NCBI GenBank assembly: GCA_903870365.1
Contig: CAIQCQ010000038.1
Coordinates: 7,478-71,477, forward strand
Origin: an uncultured bacterium
GTDB taxonomy: Bacteria; Patescibacteriota; Minisyncoccia; Phycocordibacterales; DATDWN01
Length of the DNA: 64,000 bases
Reading direction: 5' to 3'
The position numbers and the translations under genes are program-made. A model generated the notes under the pieces. The model was given only the letters and a program-made list of their open reading frames with translations, was not told the DNA's origin and did no database searches. Below are positions 27,745 through 37,572 of the stretch, in pieces. The first letter of the stretch is position 1, and every line of letters starts with the position of its first letter.

Positions 27745-29907
27745 TTAGTTATAGCCATGGGCAGTAGCCCAGGCTCTAACCCCATACTCCCAGTATTTAA
27801 ACTGTGGATCCTGATTTGGATCAGCCGGCTGTGGTCCACGAGGATCGTCCTTGTTTACCCAATAGAGAATAGAGTGCACTCCACCTGTTAACGTCTCCTG
27901 AATCGAATTGTAGGGCATATTAGGGTCTGCTGTCTGTGACTGTGTAATATTTGAAATACCTCCTTGCCATTTACCACGCAAAACAGGTTTGAGATCATAA
28001 GAATTAGTGTCTTGAGGTTTGGTAAAGGTGTCAGTCGTTGGATACTTACTGACTATTTGATCCATAAAAGCTCGCCACATAGGCACAACAATCAAACCAG
28101 ACACTTTATGTGCCATCGGAGTGTTGTCGTTGTTTCCAGCCCAGGTGCCAACCACTAGGTCTGGTGTATAGCCAATAACCCACGCATCTCGGTAGTCGTT
28201 GGTCGTACCAGTCTTGGCAGCGACATCACGACCAGGGAAGTAGAGTCCAGAGTTGGCACCATAGAGTGGTGTACGAGCGACATTATCAGAGAGGACGTCT
28301 GTAATTTCTCTGGAAACTTGTGGATCAAGCACTTGGTCACTCTTTGGCGCGTACTGTTCGAGGATATTTCCTTGTGCATCATCAATCTCGAGAATACTGG
28401 TGTATGGATTGCGCACACCATCGTCAGCAAAAACACCATATGCCGAAGTCATATCAAGCAGAGAGACTTCACCACCTCCCAGTACCAAGGTGAGGCCGTA
28501 TTGGTTTGGATTACCAAGCGAGGTAATACCCATACTTTCAGCCAAGTCGATAGAATCTTGAACACCAGCGAGATACATCAGTTTGACTGAGGGCACGTTG
28601 ATTGACTGAGCGAGGGCGTCTCGAGTGGTCATGGGACCACGAAAATTGTCGTCGTAGTTGACCGGTGCATAACAACCATTTTCACTGGTAAAATTATCAA
28701 CCGCACATGTGGTTTGAAACTGAGTGGGAACGTCGAAGAGGACTGTGTCGGGTGTGTAGCCTTTAATATAGGCTTCAGCGTACACAAATGGTTTAAAGGC
28801 GGATCCTGGCTGACGGTGTGAGGTGGCCACATTAAACTGCCCATCTATTTCTGTATCAAAAAAATTTCGTGAACCAACCATGGTGAGGATTTGTCCAGTT
28901 TTTGGGTCAATAGCCACAAATGCATCATTGGAACCATTAAAGTTTTTCTCGTTTGAAGTGGCGTATTGTAATGCTACCGCTTCAGCTTTTTGTTCCATAT
29001 CATAATCAAGAGTAGTGATCACTTTGAGACCACCATTTTGTAATACATCGTCACCATATTTTTGTTGGAGATAATTCATCACATACGTCACAAAATGGGG
29101 GGCTTTGATACCAGCGTCTGTTTTTGGAAGGAAGGACACGGTTTCTTTTTGGGCCTGTGTGTATTGATCCTGTGTAATATAGCCATTATTGAGCATTTCC
29201 TTTAAGACAACATTTTTACGAGCATCAAGATCTGCTTTGTGTGTGCCATATGGGGAATAGTACGATGGAGCTTGGGGCATAGAAGCAAGATATGCAGCTT
29301 GGGCAATATCCACATCAGACGCACTAATACCAAAATACGCTTCACTAGCTTCTTCGACACCATAGTTACTCCCACCATAGGGAATAGCATTGAGATATGT
29401 GTTAAAAATTTGATCTTTTGTCTCAGCTTTTTCTAATTTGAAAGAGAGGATAAGCTCTTTTAATTTACGAACAGGACTTTTGTCATTTGTGAGAAGAGTG
29501 TTTTTAACTACTTGTTGAGTAATAGTTGAACCACCCTGACTAAAAGAAAGGGAGGTGATGTTTACAAGGAGAGATCGAAGAATAGAAGTAAAAACAACGG
29601 CTCCATGAGTATAGAAATTTCTGTCTTCGATAGAGAGAGTGGCTTGTTTAATATACGGAGAAATATTTTCAAAAGGGATAACCGTCCTTTTTTTGTCTTG
29701 AAAGATATCGTACAAGACAATTTTCCCCGTACGATCGTATATTTTGGTAGATTGAGTAACTTGGGCTTGTTGAATACTGTCTATACTAGGGATTTTAATA
29801 TTGGCAAGCCAAATAAGAATGATACCAATAAGGATGGCAAAAATACCACAAAGAAAAAGAAAAATATTTTTCCATCCTGTTAGAGTTTTTGGTAATGAAC
29901 GTTTCAT
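27745..29907 (-). CDS. Class A penicillin-binding protein (bifunctional glycosyltransferase/transpeptidase, PBP1A-like)
   Basis: GT51 motifs EDRNFYTHGAV and GGSTITQQ; transpeptidase SxxK/SxN/KTG region; N-terminal TM. Confidence 0.9.
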   Translation of the reverse strand: MKRSLPKTLTGWKNIFLFLCGIFAILIGIILIWLANIKIPSIDSIQQAQVTQSTKIYDRTGKIVLYDIFQDKKRTVIPFENISPYIKQATLSIEDRNFYTHGAVVFTSILRSLLVNITSLSFSQGGSTITQQVVKNTLLTNDKSPVRKLKELILSFKLEKAETKDQIFNTYLNAIPYGGSNYGVEEASEAYFGISASDVDIAQAAYLASMPQAPSYYSPYGTHKADLDARKNVVLKEMLNNGYITQDQYTQAQKETVSFLPKTDAGIKAPHFVTYVMNYLQQKYGDDVLQNGGLKVITTLDYDMEQKAEAVALQYATSNEKNFNGSNDAFVAIDPKTGQILTMVGSRNFFDTEIDGQFNVATSHRQPGSAFKPFVYAEAYIKGYTPDTVLFDVPTQFQTTCAVDNFTSENGCYAPVNYDDNFRGPMTTRDALAQSINVPSVKLMYLAGVQDSIDLAESMGITSLGNPNQYGLTLVLGGGEVSLLDMTSAYGVFADDGVRNPYTSILEIDDAQGNILEQYAPKSDQVLDPQVSREITDVLSDNVARTPLYGANSGLYFPGRDVAAKTGTTNDYRDAWVIGYTPDLVVGTWAGNNDNTPMAHKVSGLIVVPMWRAFMDQIVSKYPTTDTFTKPQDTNSYDLKPVLRGKWQGGISNITQSQTADPNMPYNSIQETLTGGVHSILYWVNKDDPRGPQPADPNQDPQFKYWEYGVRAWATAHGYN

Positions 29908-30067
29908 ATATATAAAATTAAGAATGTGTGATTTTTTGGTGGCACAAAACTAAATATGCAAAACTCTAACAAGACCGACCCCACTTTTTGTATAACTTTT
30001 ACCTTGAGAAATGTGCGTATGCATTAGAGTGGATTATACAGGTAAATGTGTTAGTATTCTAGTTACT

Positions 30068-31303
30068 ATGGTTTTTTTCGGTGCAAAAAAAGTAAGTAAG
30101 GTGGATACTGATCCTCAAAAAATTGAGGAATTGTTAACTCGCGGAGTAGAAAATATTTTTCCAAATAAAGATTTTTTGAAAAAAAAGTTGTCTGAGGGTA
30201 TACAAATGACTTTTTATTATGGTATTGATCCAACAGGACCAACTATTCATGTGGGACACCTCATTTCTATTCGGAAGCTTGCTCAACTACAAAAACTTGG
30301 ACACAAAATAATTTTTTTAATTGGTGACTTTACTGCCATGATCGGTGATCCGACAGATAAAGTGGCAACTCGTAAAAAACTGTCTCGCAAGGAAGTGTTG
30401 TTAAATTGTAAAAATTATCAGAAACAGATTGCACACATTATTTCTTTTTCAGGTTCAAATAAAGCTCTTGTAAAATATAACTCTGAATGGTTGTCCAAAA
30501 TGTCTTTCCAAGATGTTGTTGAACTTGCATCACATTTTACTGTACAGCAAATTCTTGAACGTGATATGTTTGAAAAACGTATTGAAGAAGGTAAGCCTGT
30601 ATACATGCATGAGTTTTTATATCCGTTGATGCAGGGATATGATTCTGTTGCTATGGGTGTTGACGGTGAACTTGGTGGTAATGATCAAACATTTAACATG
30701 TTGGCGGGGCGCGACCTCATGAAAACTTTGCAAGGAAAAGAGAAGTTTGTGCTCGTTTCAAAACTATTGGTGGACCCAACTGGTAAGAAGATGGGGAAGA
30801 GCGAAGGAAATATGGTTGCACTCGATCAAACTCCAGAAGATATGTTTGGTAAGGTGATGAGTTGGTCTGATGGAATGATCGTACCCGCATATGAAATTGT
30901 GACAGATATTCCAATGAGTGAGATTGAAACAATTAAAAAAAATATCGAAGCTGGGGCAAATCCTCGAGATGCCAAGGTTGGATTGGCTCAGGAAATTGTC
31001 GCTATGTGTTTTGATGTGGACGCGGCAGAAAAAGCAAAAAATAATTTTGAAAAAACTTTTTCAAAAGGTGAAATACCAGAAAACATTCAACAAGTTGTCG
31101 TGGCTCATGGGGAAGTGCTTGGAGATGTGTTGGTGACCAATAAAATAATTGATTCAAAAACAGAATTTAAACGACTTGTGGATGAGGGGGCCATTATGAA
31201 TATGGAAACTTCTAAAAAGGTGACTGAGTGGTCTGCTCTGGTGGAAAAGGGGACATATAAGATAGGGAAGAAGAGATTCGTGAGGGTAGTCACTAGTCAC
31301 TAG
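30068..31303 (+). CDS. tyrS: Tyrosyl-tRNA synthetase
   Basis: HIGH (HVGHL), KMSKS (KMGKS), C-terminal S4-like domain; ATG at 30068 preferred over the ORF-track start at 30011. Confidence 0.9.
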   Translation: MVFFGAKKVSKVDTDPQKIEELLTRGVENIFPNKDFLKKKLSEGIQMTFYYGIDPTGPTIHVGHLISIRKLAQLQKLGHKIIFLIGDFTAMIGDPTDKVATRKKLSRKEVLLNCKNYQKQIAHIISFSGSNKALVKYNSEWLSKMSFQDVVELASHFTVQQILERDMFEKRIEEGKPVYMHEFLYPLMQGYDSVAMGVDGELGGNDQTFNMLAGRDLMKTLQGKEKFVLVSKLLVDPTGKKMGKSEGNMVALDQTPEDMFGKVMSWSDGMIVPAYEIVTDIPMSEIETIKKNIEAGANPRDAKVGLAQEIVAMCFDVDAAEKAKNNFEKTFSKGEIPENIQQVVVAHGEVLGDVLVTNKIIDSKTEFKRLVDEGAIMNMETSKKVTEWSALVEKGTYKIGKKRFVRVVTSH

Positions 31304-31315
31304 TCACTAGTCACA
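31287..31315. repeat. Tandem heptamer TAGTCAC x4 across the tyrS stop codon
   Basis: gtcactagtcactagtcactagtcac. Confidence 0.5.
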
Positions 31316-31448
31316 AGGCATTAGTAAAAAATCGTCCAAACGGACGATTTTTGTTTCCTCTATTGACTATTGCCTTGTGCCTATAAAATTCTCTTCGCCT
31401 CAGGAATACCTGATGCATAAGTGTTCGTTGTGGAGTACCACAACTCCC

Positions 31449-31742
31449 TTACCACTCCGGTCCATCACTAAATTCTTCATCTTCCATCTCTACTTCCTCA
31501 TCTTCATCAGGTAATTCAACATCTGGAAGTAATGGATCTTTTTCTAACAAAGATTCTTCAGGACTAACTTCGGCCACTTCTACCTCGACATCATCAACCT
31601 CACCTTCAATATGGAGACCTTTCTTCTTGAGATTTTTTGGGTCGATATCATCACCCTCTTCGTCACTATCATCATCAGCTTCATCCATCGCTTCTAATGG
31701 ATCTTCTTTTTCTTCATCAGCTATGTTATTTTTTTTCGCCAT
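31449..31742 (-). CDS. Highly acidic small protein (D/E-rich)
   Basis: MAKKNNIADEEKEDPLEAMDEADDDSDEEGDD...; the ORF-track N-terminal extension to 31874 overlaps ruvC and is rejected. Confidence 0.35.
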   Translation of the reverse strand: MAKKNNIADEEKEDPLEAMDEADDDSDEEGDDIDPKNLKKKGLHIEGEVDDVEVEVAEVSPEESLLEKDPLLPDVELPDEDEEVEMEDEEFSDGPEW

Positions 31743-31845
31743 ACATGTATTAAAGTTTTTTATAAAATATAGAATATTATATTTGTAACAAATATCAGAT
31801 TTTTTGCAATCATTTTTTAAATAACTTTTCCACAGTTGTGAAAAA

Positions 31846-32331
31846 TTAACTTCGGTTTTTAAAATCTGATGCAAAAAATGTTAATCCAATAGCAATTGCG
31901 TCAAACTCATCATCTGAACTTATTTTTTTATCTACCACAATCAAACGAGGAACCATGAGGGCAATTTGTTTCTTTTCACTTCGCCCATATCCGGTGACCG
32001 CTATTTTGATTTGAAGCGGAGTATACTCATAAATAGAAAGATCTGCAACTGTCGCTTCATAGAGGATGACACCACGGGCTTCGGCCACAGCCAGAGCTGT
32101 TTTTTGGTTGGTATTAAAGAAAAGTTTTTCGATACTTAAGCACGTCGGTTTCCATTCTTCGATAATATTATGTACTTTTTGACCAATAAGGAAAAGTCTT
32201 TCAGGGTGGGGGAGTTTGGCTGAGGTTTTAAAGCATTCGGAATAGAGGAGTGTTTCTTTGCCACGAGGGATTTTCTCCAAAATTGCAATTCCAACTCTTT
32301 CATAACCTGGGTCGATTGATAGGATAATCAT
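31846..32331 (-). CDS. ruvC: Holliday junction resolvase RuvC
   Basis: MIILSIDPGYERVGIAIL...; RNase H-like fold with catalytic D/E pattern. Confidence 0.85.
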   Translation of the reverse strand: MIILSIDPGYERVGIAILEKIPRGKETLLYSECFKTSAKLPHPERLFLIGQKVHNIIEEWKPTCLSIEKLFFNTNQKTALAVAEARGVILYEATVADLSIYEYTPLQIKIAVTGYGRSEKKQIALMVPRLIVVDKKISSDDEFDAIAIGLTFFASDFKNRS

Positions 32332-32335
32332 AATT

Positions 32336-32513
32336 TTAAATTTCGAATTTCCAATTTCGACATTGTTTTCTTACGAGCAAGACGAGTTAGAAATACAAGA
32401 AGTACTCTTGTGGTGGAAACAATTTCGAATTTTTGAATGATTAAATTTAAAATTAATTCATTAAAACATTGTTTCGAAATTCAAAATTCAAAATTCGAAA
32501 TTCGAAATTTATC
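32336..32513. repeat. Heptamer-type palindromic repeat array, family 2 (GAAATTC/AATTTCG)
   Basis: aatttcgaatttccaatttcgacattgttttc ... ggaaacaatttcgaatttttgaatgatt ... acattgtttcgaaattcaaaattcaaaattcgaaattcgaaattt; three mutually complementary blocks. Confidence 0.6.
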
Positions 32514-33044
32514 TCACTCAGCATTCGTATATACATCTTGCACCTCATCACAATCATCAAGGGCATCAACAAGCTCACCCAGTTTTTCCCCGTCCTCTTC
32601 TGAGATAGGAACCATGGTAGTAGCCTTCCACTCCATATCTGGTGTTCGTTCAAAAGCCCAACTAGCAGAGCCCATACCTGCTAATTCAAAACCATGCAAA
32701 GACAACGCATGTTTAATATCCTGAGCGGCTTTGTTGCGGTTGTCAGTGAGTGCCTCAATAATCATAGCGCATCCTCCGGGTCCGTATGCTTCATAGGTGA
32801 TGCTTTCCATGGCCGCACCTGCTTCAGTCGACTTTTTGATAGCTCGCTCTATGTTGTCGTTGGGTACGTTTTCAGCCTTGGCTTTTTCAATAGCAGTCTT
32901 CAGACCAGGGGAATTGCGGTTACCACCAGCTTTTTTAGCTTCGACAGTAATCATTTTGACGATTTTACTAAAAATCTTGGATTTTTGAGCATCCGTCTTT
33001 TCCTTTTGCCTTTTAATTTTTGACCATTTATTGTGTCCTGACAT
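32514..33044 (-). CDS. yebC: YebC/PmpR-family transcriptional regulator
   Basis: MSGHNKWSKIKRQKEKTDAQKSKIFSKIVKMITVEAKKAGGN matches the family N-terminus. Confidence 0.85.
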   Translation of the reverse strand: MSGHNKWSKIKRQKEKTDAQKSKIFSKIVKMITVEAKKAGGNRNSPGLKTAIEKAKAENVPNDNIERAIKKSTEAGAAMESITYEAYGPGGCAMIIEALTDNRNKAAQDIKHALSLHGFELAGMGSASWAFERTPDMEWKATTMVPISEEDGEKLGELVDALDDCDEVQDVYTNAE

Positions 33045-33253
33045 ATATGGATAGAATATAGAAATTAGAAATAAGAATCAAGTAAAAAGGGAAACTCACA
33101 GTTTTCCGCGAGTTTATAGGTATTTACAAAAAACTTTCATAATCTGGACAGGGTCGCGTATAAATATCAAAAAATATTCGTAGACGTATTAGACATACGG
33201 CGGAGAATATTTTTTGATATTTAGACGATGAGATTGCGCCAGATTTGGAAGTT

Positions 33254-34264
33254 TTACAGTAATGTCGGTGGTGTGAGACCGAGATGCTTGTACCCCAATG
33301 CCGTCACAATGCGTCCGCGGGGTGTGCGGTCAATAAAACCAATCTGCATAAGGTATGGTTCATTAAACTCTTCAATTGTCGCTTCTTCTTCGGATAGTGA
33401 CGATGCAATGGTATTGAGGCCGACTGGACCACCATTGAATTTATGGATGATGGTATTGAGGATTTCACGGTCTGCAGAGGTCAGACCAACTTGGTCCACC
33501 CCAAGGAGAGCGAGGGCTTGTTTGACCACATCTCTGTCCAAATCTTTTTTTTGCATCTGGCCGTAGTCACGAACCCGTTTCAAAAAGTAGTTAGCGGTAC
33601 GAGGTGTGTAGCGGCTGCGACTAGAAATTTCTTCGGTGGCATCTGGGTGGATAGTGACGCCAAGAATTTTAGCTGAACGATTGACGATAGCACCGATCTC
33701 TTCGGGTGTATAAAATTCTAATTTAAAGATACCACCAGAAAAACGGGAACGAAGGGGAGAGGAGATCATGGCAATACGAGTGGTGGCAGCAATGAGGGTA
33801 AAGGGTGGTAGTTCGAGCTGTATGGTACGAGCACTCGGTCCTTTGCCAATAATGATATCAAGCGAGCCAGATTCCATGGCAGGATAGAGAATTTCTTCAA
33901 TAGTTTTGTTCAAGCGATGGATTTCGTCGATAAATAAAATGTCTCCTGGTGAGAGGTTGGTTAGGATAGACGCCAGGTCACCGACACGTTCGATAGCTGG
34001 TCCAGAGGTTGATTTCATCTGCGCACCAAGCTCTTTGGCGATGAGATGGGCGAGAGTGGTCTTACCAAGTCCCGGAGGTCCATAAAAGAGGATGTGTTCT
34101 GGTGGGTGATTGCGTTCTTTTGCTGCACCAAGGAGGATTTTGAGATTGTTTTTGATATTTGCTTGACCAATGTAGTCGTCCCAGAGTGTCGGACGGAGTG
34201 TGGTATCGAGAAATGTACCATCACCACCAATCTCACGAGTTTTTTTGTCAGTAGTTTCAGTCAT
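33254..34264 (-). CDS. ruvB: Holliday junction branch-migration helicase RuvB
   Basis: ILFYGPPGLGKTTLAHLIA, DEIHRL, sensor motifs; ORF-track start at 34393 is TTG with a low-complexity F/L-rich extension; internal MTETTDKK start near 34264 preferred, exact base uncertain. Confidence 0.85.
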   Translation of the reverse strand: MTETTDKKTREIGGDGTFLDTTLRPTLWDDYIGQANIKNNLKILLGAAKERNHPPEHILFYGPPGLGKTTLAHLIAKELGAQMKSTSGPAIERVGDLASILTNLSPGDILFIDEIHRLNKTIEEILYPAMESGSLDIIIGKGPSARTIQLELPPFTLIAATTRIAMISSPLRSRFSGGIFKLEFYTPEEIGAIVNRSAKILGVTIHPDATEEISSRSRYTPRTANYFLKRVRDYGQMQKKDLDRDVVKQALALLGVDQVGLTSADREILNTIIHKFNGGPVGLNTIASSLSEEEATIEEFNEPYLMQIGFIDRTPRGRIVTALGYKHLGLTPPTLL

Positions 34265-34494
34265 GACGGTATTATATAGCAAGAAATATCTTTGTCGAAA
34301 CAGGAAAGAAGAAAAAAGAAATAGAAAAATAATAAACAAGAGGGAATCGTAGTAAAACTGTGTTTCTTCTTCCGTATCTCGTCTTTCTTTCAAGAGGGTT
34401 GACAGAAAATGTATAATATGCTAGACTCTCCCTGGAGCTGTCGGTTTGCATATTTGCGAACTGACACGCTTTTTTCTTTGTCTATTTTTCAGGA

Positions 34495-34642
34495 AATAAA
34501 TGTCCGAGCGACTGGGCCTTTGGTTTACGAGTGTATTTCACGAGGACGCTCTGGTGTTTGCTTTACGGCCACCTCTGGAGCTATCCTTTGTCAATCATTT
34601 AACTTTCTTTAATTTTATTGAAAGTGTCGCTCGGACATTTAT
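34495..34642. other. Inverted-repeat-flanked GC-rich element (candidate ncRNA or MITE)
   Basis: AATAAATGTCCGAGCGAC at 34495-34512 versus GTCGCTCGGACATTTAT at 34626-34642; a 113-nt GC-rich interior; lies between the pilB 3' end and the ruvB 5' end. Confidence 0.3.
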
Positions 34643-34830
34643 GTTCTGAAAACCTCGAGATATTTCAAAAAAGATTCACGGATAAATTTTTGCTAAAATT
34701 TTCCTCGTGCTCGGCTCAGTCATCCTCGCAAGGAACTTTTTTCGAAACATCTCTCGGAAGTGCTACGATATCTGTGTATCATTATTCATAAATAGCGTCG
34801 GTAGTGCAAGTCATTTTTACACTACACCTC

Positions 34831-34870
34831 ATAAAAATATCCCCGTCACAGTTGACGGGGATATTTTTAT
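34831..34870. terminator. Bidirectional rho-independent terminator downstream of pilB
   Basis: ataaaaatat-CCCCGTCA-cagt-TGACGGGG-atatttttat. Confidence 0.65.
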
Positions 34871-34883
34871 GTCTCAGGTATTT

Positions 34884-36560
34884 TTATTCCATCTCCACGT
34901 CTACAATTCTCTGTAATTCGTCAAGTGAAGTCACTCCTTGGAGGACTTTTAAAATACCATCTTGTTCAAGTGTCAGAATGTTTTGTGGTGCAGCAGCTTT
35001 TTTGATTTCTCGTTCACTTGGATTTTCGCGCAAGACTTTTTCAATCGCTTCATCCATAAGGATGGCTTCATAGATACCGACACGGCCTTTGTATCCAGTG
35101 TTGTGACAAACAATACAACCGACTCCGCGATAGACATGATCGGTGCTCACCTCATCGAGATATGTTTTGTCGGTAATGCCAGCCAAAACATTGTCGATAA
35201 TTTTTTTTTCATCAGCTGTTGGTACGTCAGTTTTTTTACACTCAGTGCAAAGTTTTCGCACGAGACGCTGTGCCATCGCCACATTGATGGCAGATGAAAG
35301 TATTTTTGGATTAACTTTCAGATCAATCAAACGGGGGAAGGTACCAGCGGCATTGTTGGTGTGGAGTGTTGAAAAGACGAGGTGGCCAGTCAAAGCGGAG
35401 TTTACCGCAATCTCAGCCGTCTCTTCGTCACGAATTTCACCAACCATAATGATATCTGGGTCTTGGCGAAGTGCGCTGCGGAGACCTTCAACAAAGGTGT
35501 AGTTTTTCTTTTCGTTTGTTTGGGTTTGAGTAATGCCGGGCAGGTGGTATTCAATCGGGTTTTCAATGGTAATGATTTTCACACCAGGGACGTGGACTGT
35601 TTTCAGGAGAGCGTAGAGCATGGTGGTTTTACCACTACCAGTCGGACCGGTGTTGAGGAGCATACCGTTTGGTTTAGAAATTTCGTGCAAAATAATTTTC
35701 AATAATCGTGGGTGAACACCGAGAGATTCGATCGGTACAGCAATAGACTGAGGATTCAAAATACGCATAACCACAGAGGCATCATACGCTCCAGGTAGTA
35801 GTGATGTTCGCACCTCGATCTCAGAGCTGTTTAGTTTGATAGAGAAACGACCATCCTGGGCATCAGAGATGTTCAGTTTGAGGTTGGAGATAAGTTTGAT
35901 ACGAGACAGAAGGAGTTTGAATGTCTCATTGTCAAAATCAAGCATGTCTGTCAACACACCATCGAGGCGGTATCGAAGGCGAACGTAGTTTTCTTCTGGT
36001 TCGAGGTGGACATCAGATGCTCCAGTAGCAATAGCTCCGGCAATGATGATTTCTAAAATACGAGAAATACGAAAGCCTTTTTTCATGGCCAATGTTTCGG
36101 TGATGAGGGTGGTGACATCGGCGAGGGAGTGCACTTCGGCTAAAAAGTCGGTAATTTGTTCATTGGAAATATCGAGGGCGCCACTTTTTGTTTCGAAAGA
36201 AAACGACAAGTCTTTGTAGCGATCCCATACTTTGTTTAAACTTTGGTGCGAGACCATGTGGAGCGTGGGTAGAAAACCTTTTTTCTTGAGTTTGTCGACG
36301 GCAGTTTGGGTCAGCTCGTTGTTTGGAGAAAGGACACCGACATCAATACGTTTGTCCACGATATTAAAGACGGCCAATTGGGCTTCACGAGCTTCTAGTT
36401 CAGAAATACAACGAAGGGCATCAATATTGATGGGTGCAATACTGAGATCTAAATAGGGAAGTCCATATTTTTGAGCCATAGCTTGACTCAAATCCTCTTC
36501 TTCACGTTTGCGAAGATCATCAACACGTCTGTTTTGTTTGTCTTCGTTAAAGTCGATCAT
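34884..36560 (-). CDS. pilB: Type IV pilus assembly ATPase PilB (GspE family)
   Basis: Walker A GPTGSGKTT, MVGEIRD, tetracysteine zinc motif C..C...CIVCHNTGYKGR. Confidence 0.9.
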   Translation of the reverse strand: MIDFNEDKQNRRVDDLRKREEEDLSQAMAQKYGLPYLDLSIAPINIDALRCISELEAREAQLAVFNIVDKRIDVGVLSPNNELTQTAVDKLKKKGFLPTLHMVSHQSLNKVWDRYKDLSFSFETKSGALDISNEQITDFLAEVHSLADVTTLITETLAMKKGFRISRILEIIIAGAIATGASDVHLEPEENYVRLRYRLDGVLTDMLDFDNETFKLLLSRIKLISNLKLNISDAQDGRFSIKLNSSEIEVRTSLLPGAYDASVVMRILNPQSIAVPIESLGVHPRLLKIILHEISKPNGMLLNTGPTGSGKTTMLYALLKTVHVPGVKIITIENPIEYHLPGITQTQTNEKKNYTFVEGLRSALRQDPDIIMVGEIRDEETAEIAVNSALTGHLVFSTLHTNNAAGTFPRLIDLKVNPKILSSAINVAMAQRLVRKLCTECKKTDVPTADEKKIIDNVLAGITDKTYLDEVSTDHVYRGVGCIVCHNTGYKGRVGIYEAILMDEAIEKVLRENPSEREIKKAAAPQNILTLEQDGILKVLQGVTSLDELQRIVDVEME

Positions 36561-36654
36561 GTGTTAAGTGTAACAAAAAAAAGTTTATAAATATATAAAT
36601 CTACGAATGATGTGGAACTATGAATATTTACGAATAAAGACGGATTTTATTTAG

Positions 36655-36696
36655 TTGACAAAATTTATAAAAGGTGATACAATTAAATTAGGAGGG
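36655..36696 (+). promoter_or_regulatory. Sigma70-like promoter plus Shine-Dalgarno for CDS 36708
   Basis: TTGACA (36655-36660), 17-bp spacer, TACAAT (36678-36683); AGGAGGG at 36690-36696. Confidence 0.5.
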
Positions 36697-36707
36697 TCGG
36701 AAGACCT

Positions 36708-37469
36708 ATGTTCAATTCAAAAGGTACTATCGCAGTTCTCGTAATTCTTTTTTCGCTTTCGGCCTTCGGGCAGGAGGTGAAAGGATGGGAGACGGCTTCT
36801 CAGGAAGTCGTCGCACCAGCAACTCCAACTACCACAGCAACCCAACAGGCTGTCACGACACCCGTGACACCTCTGCCGGCTCAAACCAAGGAACAACCAG
36901 TCAAAAAAGCTGGGAGTTTCTCTGACATCTGTACTAACCCGCAGACTGTCGAAGACAAAGCAATTTGTCGTCGCGCAGCACAAATCGAGGCAGAGAAATC
37001 TGCTAAGGTCGCTCGGGCGGAGAAGGAGAAGAAGGCGACGCCTGCCGAAAAACAAGCCATGAAGGAAATGGCCAAGGTGAAGAAAAGACAGAACGAAGCT
37101 CTCAAAGAGATGAGAGATGCCTTCCTTCAGGCCAATGTCCAAGGATGTAAACCTGGAAGTGTGATAGTGACACCGTTCGTCACACATTTCTACAATGGTA
37201 ATGGGCCTTGGTTGGAGGTCACTGTTTACAATAAGAGTTTGAACACTGTCGATATATCTTCTGGAAAATGGACATGGATCAGAAATCTCTGTCCCGGCGG
37301 TTCAGCTACTTTTGTCCGACCATTTGTTTCCGGAGAGGTGCCGGATCAGACTTTTGTTCTGGTTGCTCGCAATACAAAGGGGCAGACGGCTCATAGTCAA
37401 GAGTATCTTTTGTCGGTGAATAATTATTATCACCGGCAGGAACGGTGGGACATCGACCTACTTAATTAG
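36708..37469 (+). CDS. Secreted hypothetical protein
   Basis: Signal peptide MFNSKGTIAVLVILFSLSAFG, A/K/E-rich middle, Cys-containing C-terminal domain; local GC clearly above window average. Confidence 0.45.
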   Translation: MFNSKGTIAVLVILFSLSAFGQEVKGWETASQEVVAPATPTTTATQQAVTTPVTPLPAQTKEQPVKKAGSFSDICTNPQTVEDKAICRRAAQIEAEKSAKVARAEKEKKATPAEKQAMKEMAKVKKRQNEALKEMRDAFLQANVQGCKPGSVIVTPFVTHFYNGNGPWLEVTVYNKSLNTVDISSGKWTWIRNLCPGGSATFVRPFVSGEVPDQTFVLVARNTKGQTAHSQEYLLSVNNYYHRQERWDIDLLN

Positions 37470-37486
37470 TTCTTGTTTCTAAATCA

Positions 37487-37520
37487 GCGCCTTTGGGTCA
37501 ATCCCCCGAGGCGCTTTTTC
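37487..37520 (+). terminator. Rho-independent terminator
   Basis: GCGCCTTTGGG-tcaat-CCCCCGAGGCGC followed by TTTTT. Confidence 0.65.
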
Positions 37521-37572
37521 GTATCAAAAATATGTTTGACCAAAATATTATCGAGAGTATAGTGTATCTGGA

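Noticed and set aside
31743-31874. N-terminal 44-aa extension of the acidic-protein ORF
   Set aside because: Overlaps the ruvC 3' end in another frame; the internal ATG followed by the D/E-rich body is the plausible start.
33254-34393. Full-length 379-aa RuvB with N-terminal membrane-like extension
   Set aside because: The extension starts at TTG and is an F/L-rich translation of an A/T homopolymer region; conserved RuvB begins near the internal Met.
34495-34642. SRP (4.5S) RNA
   Set aside because: The hairpin-like element lacks the conserved domain IV GGAAGCAGC-type motif.
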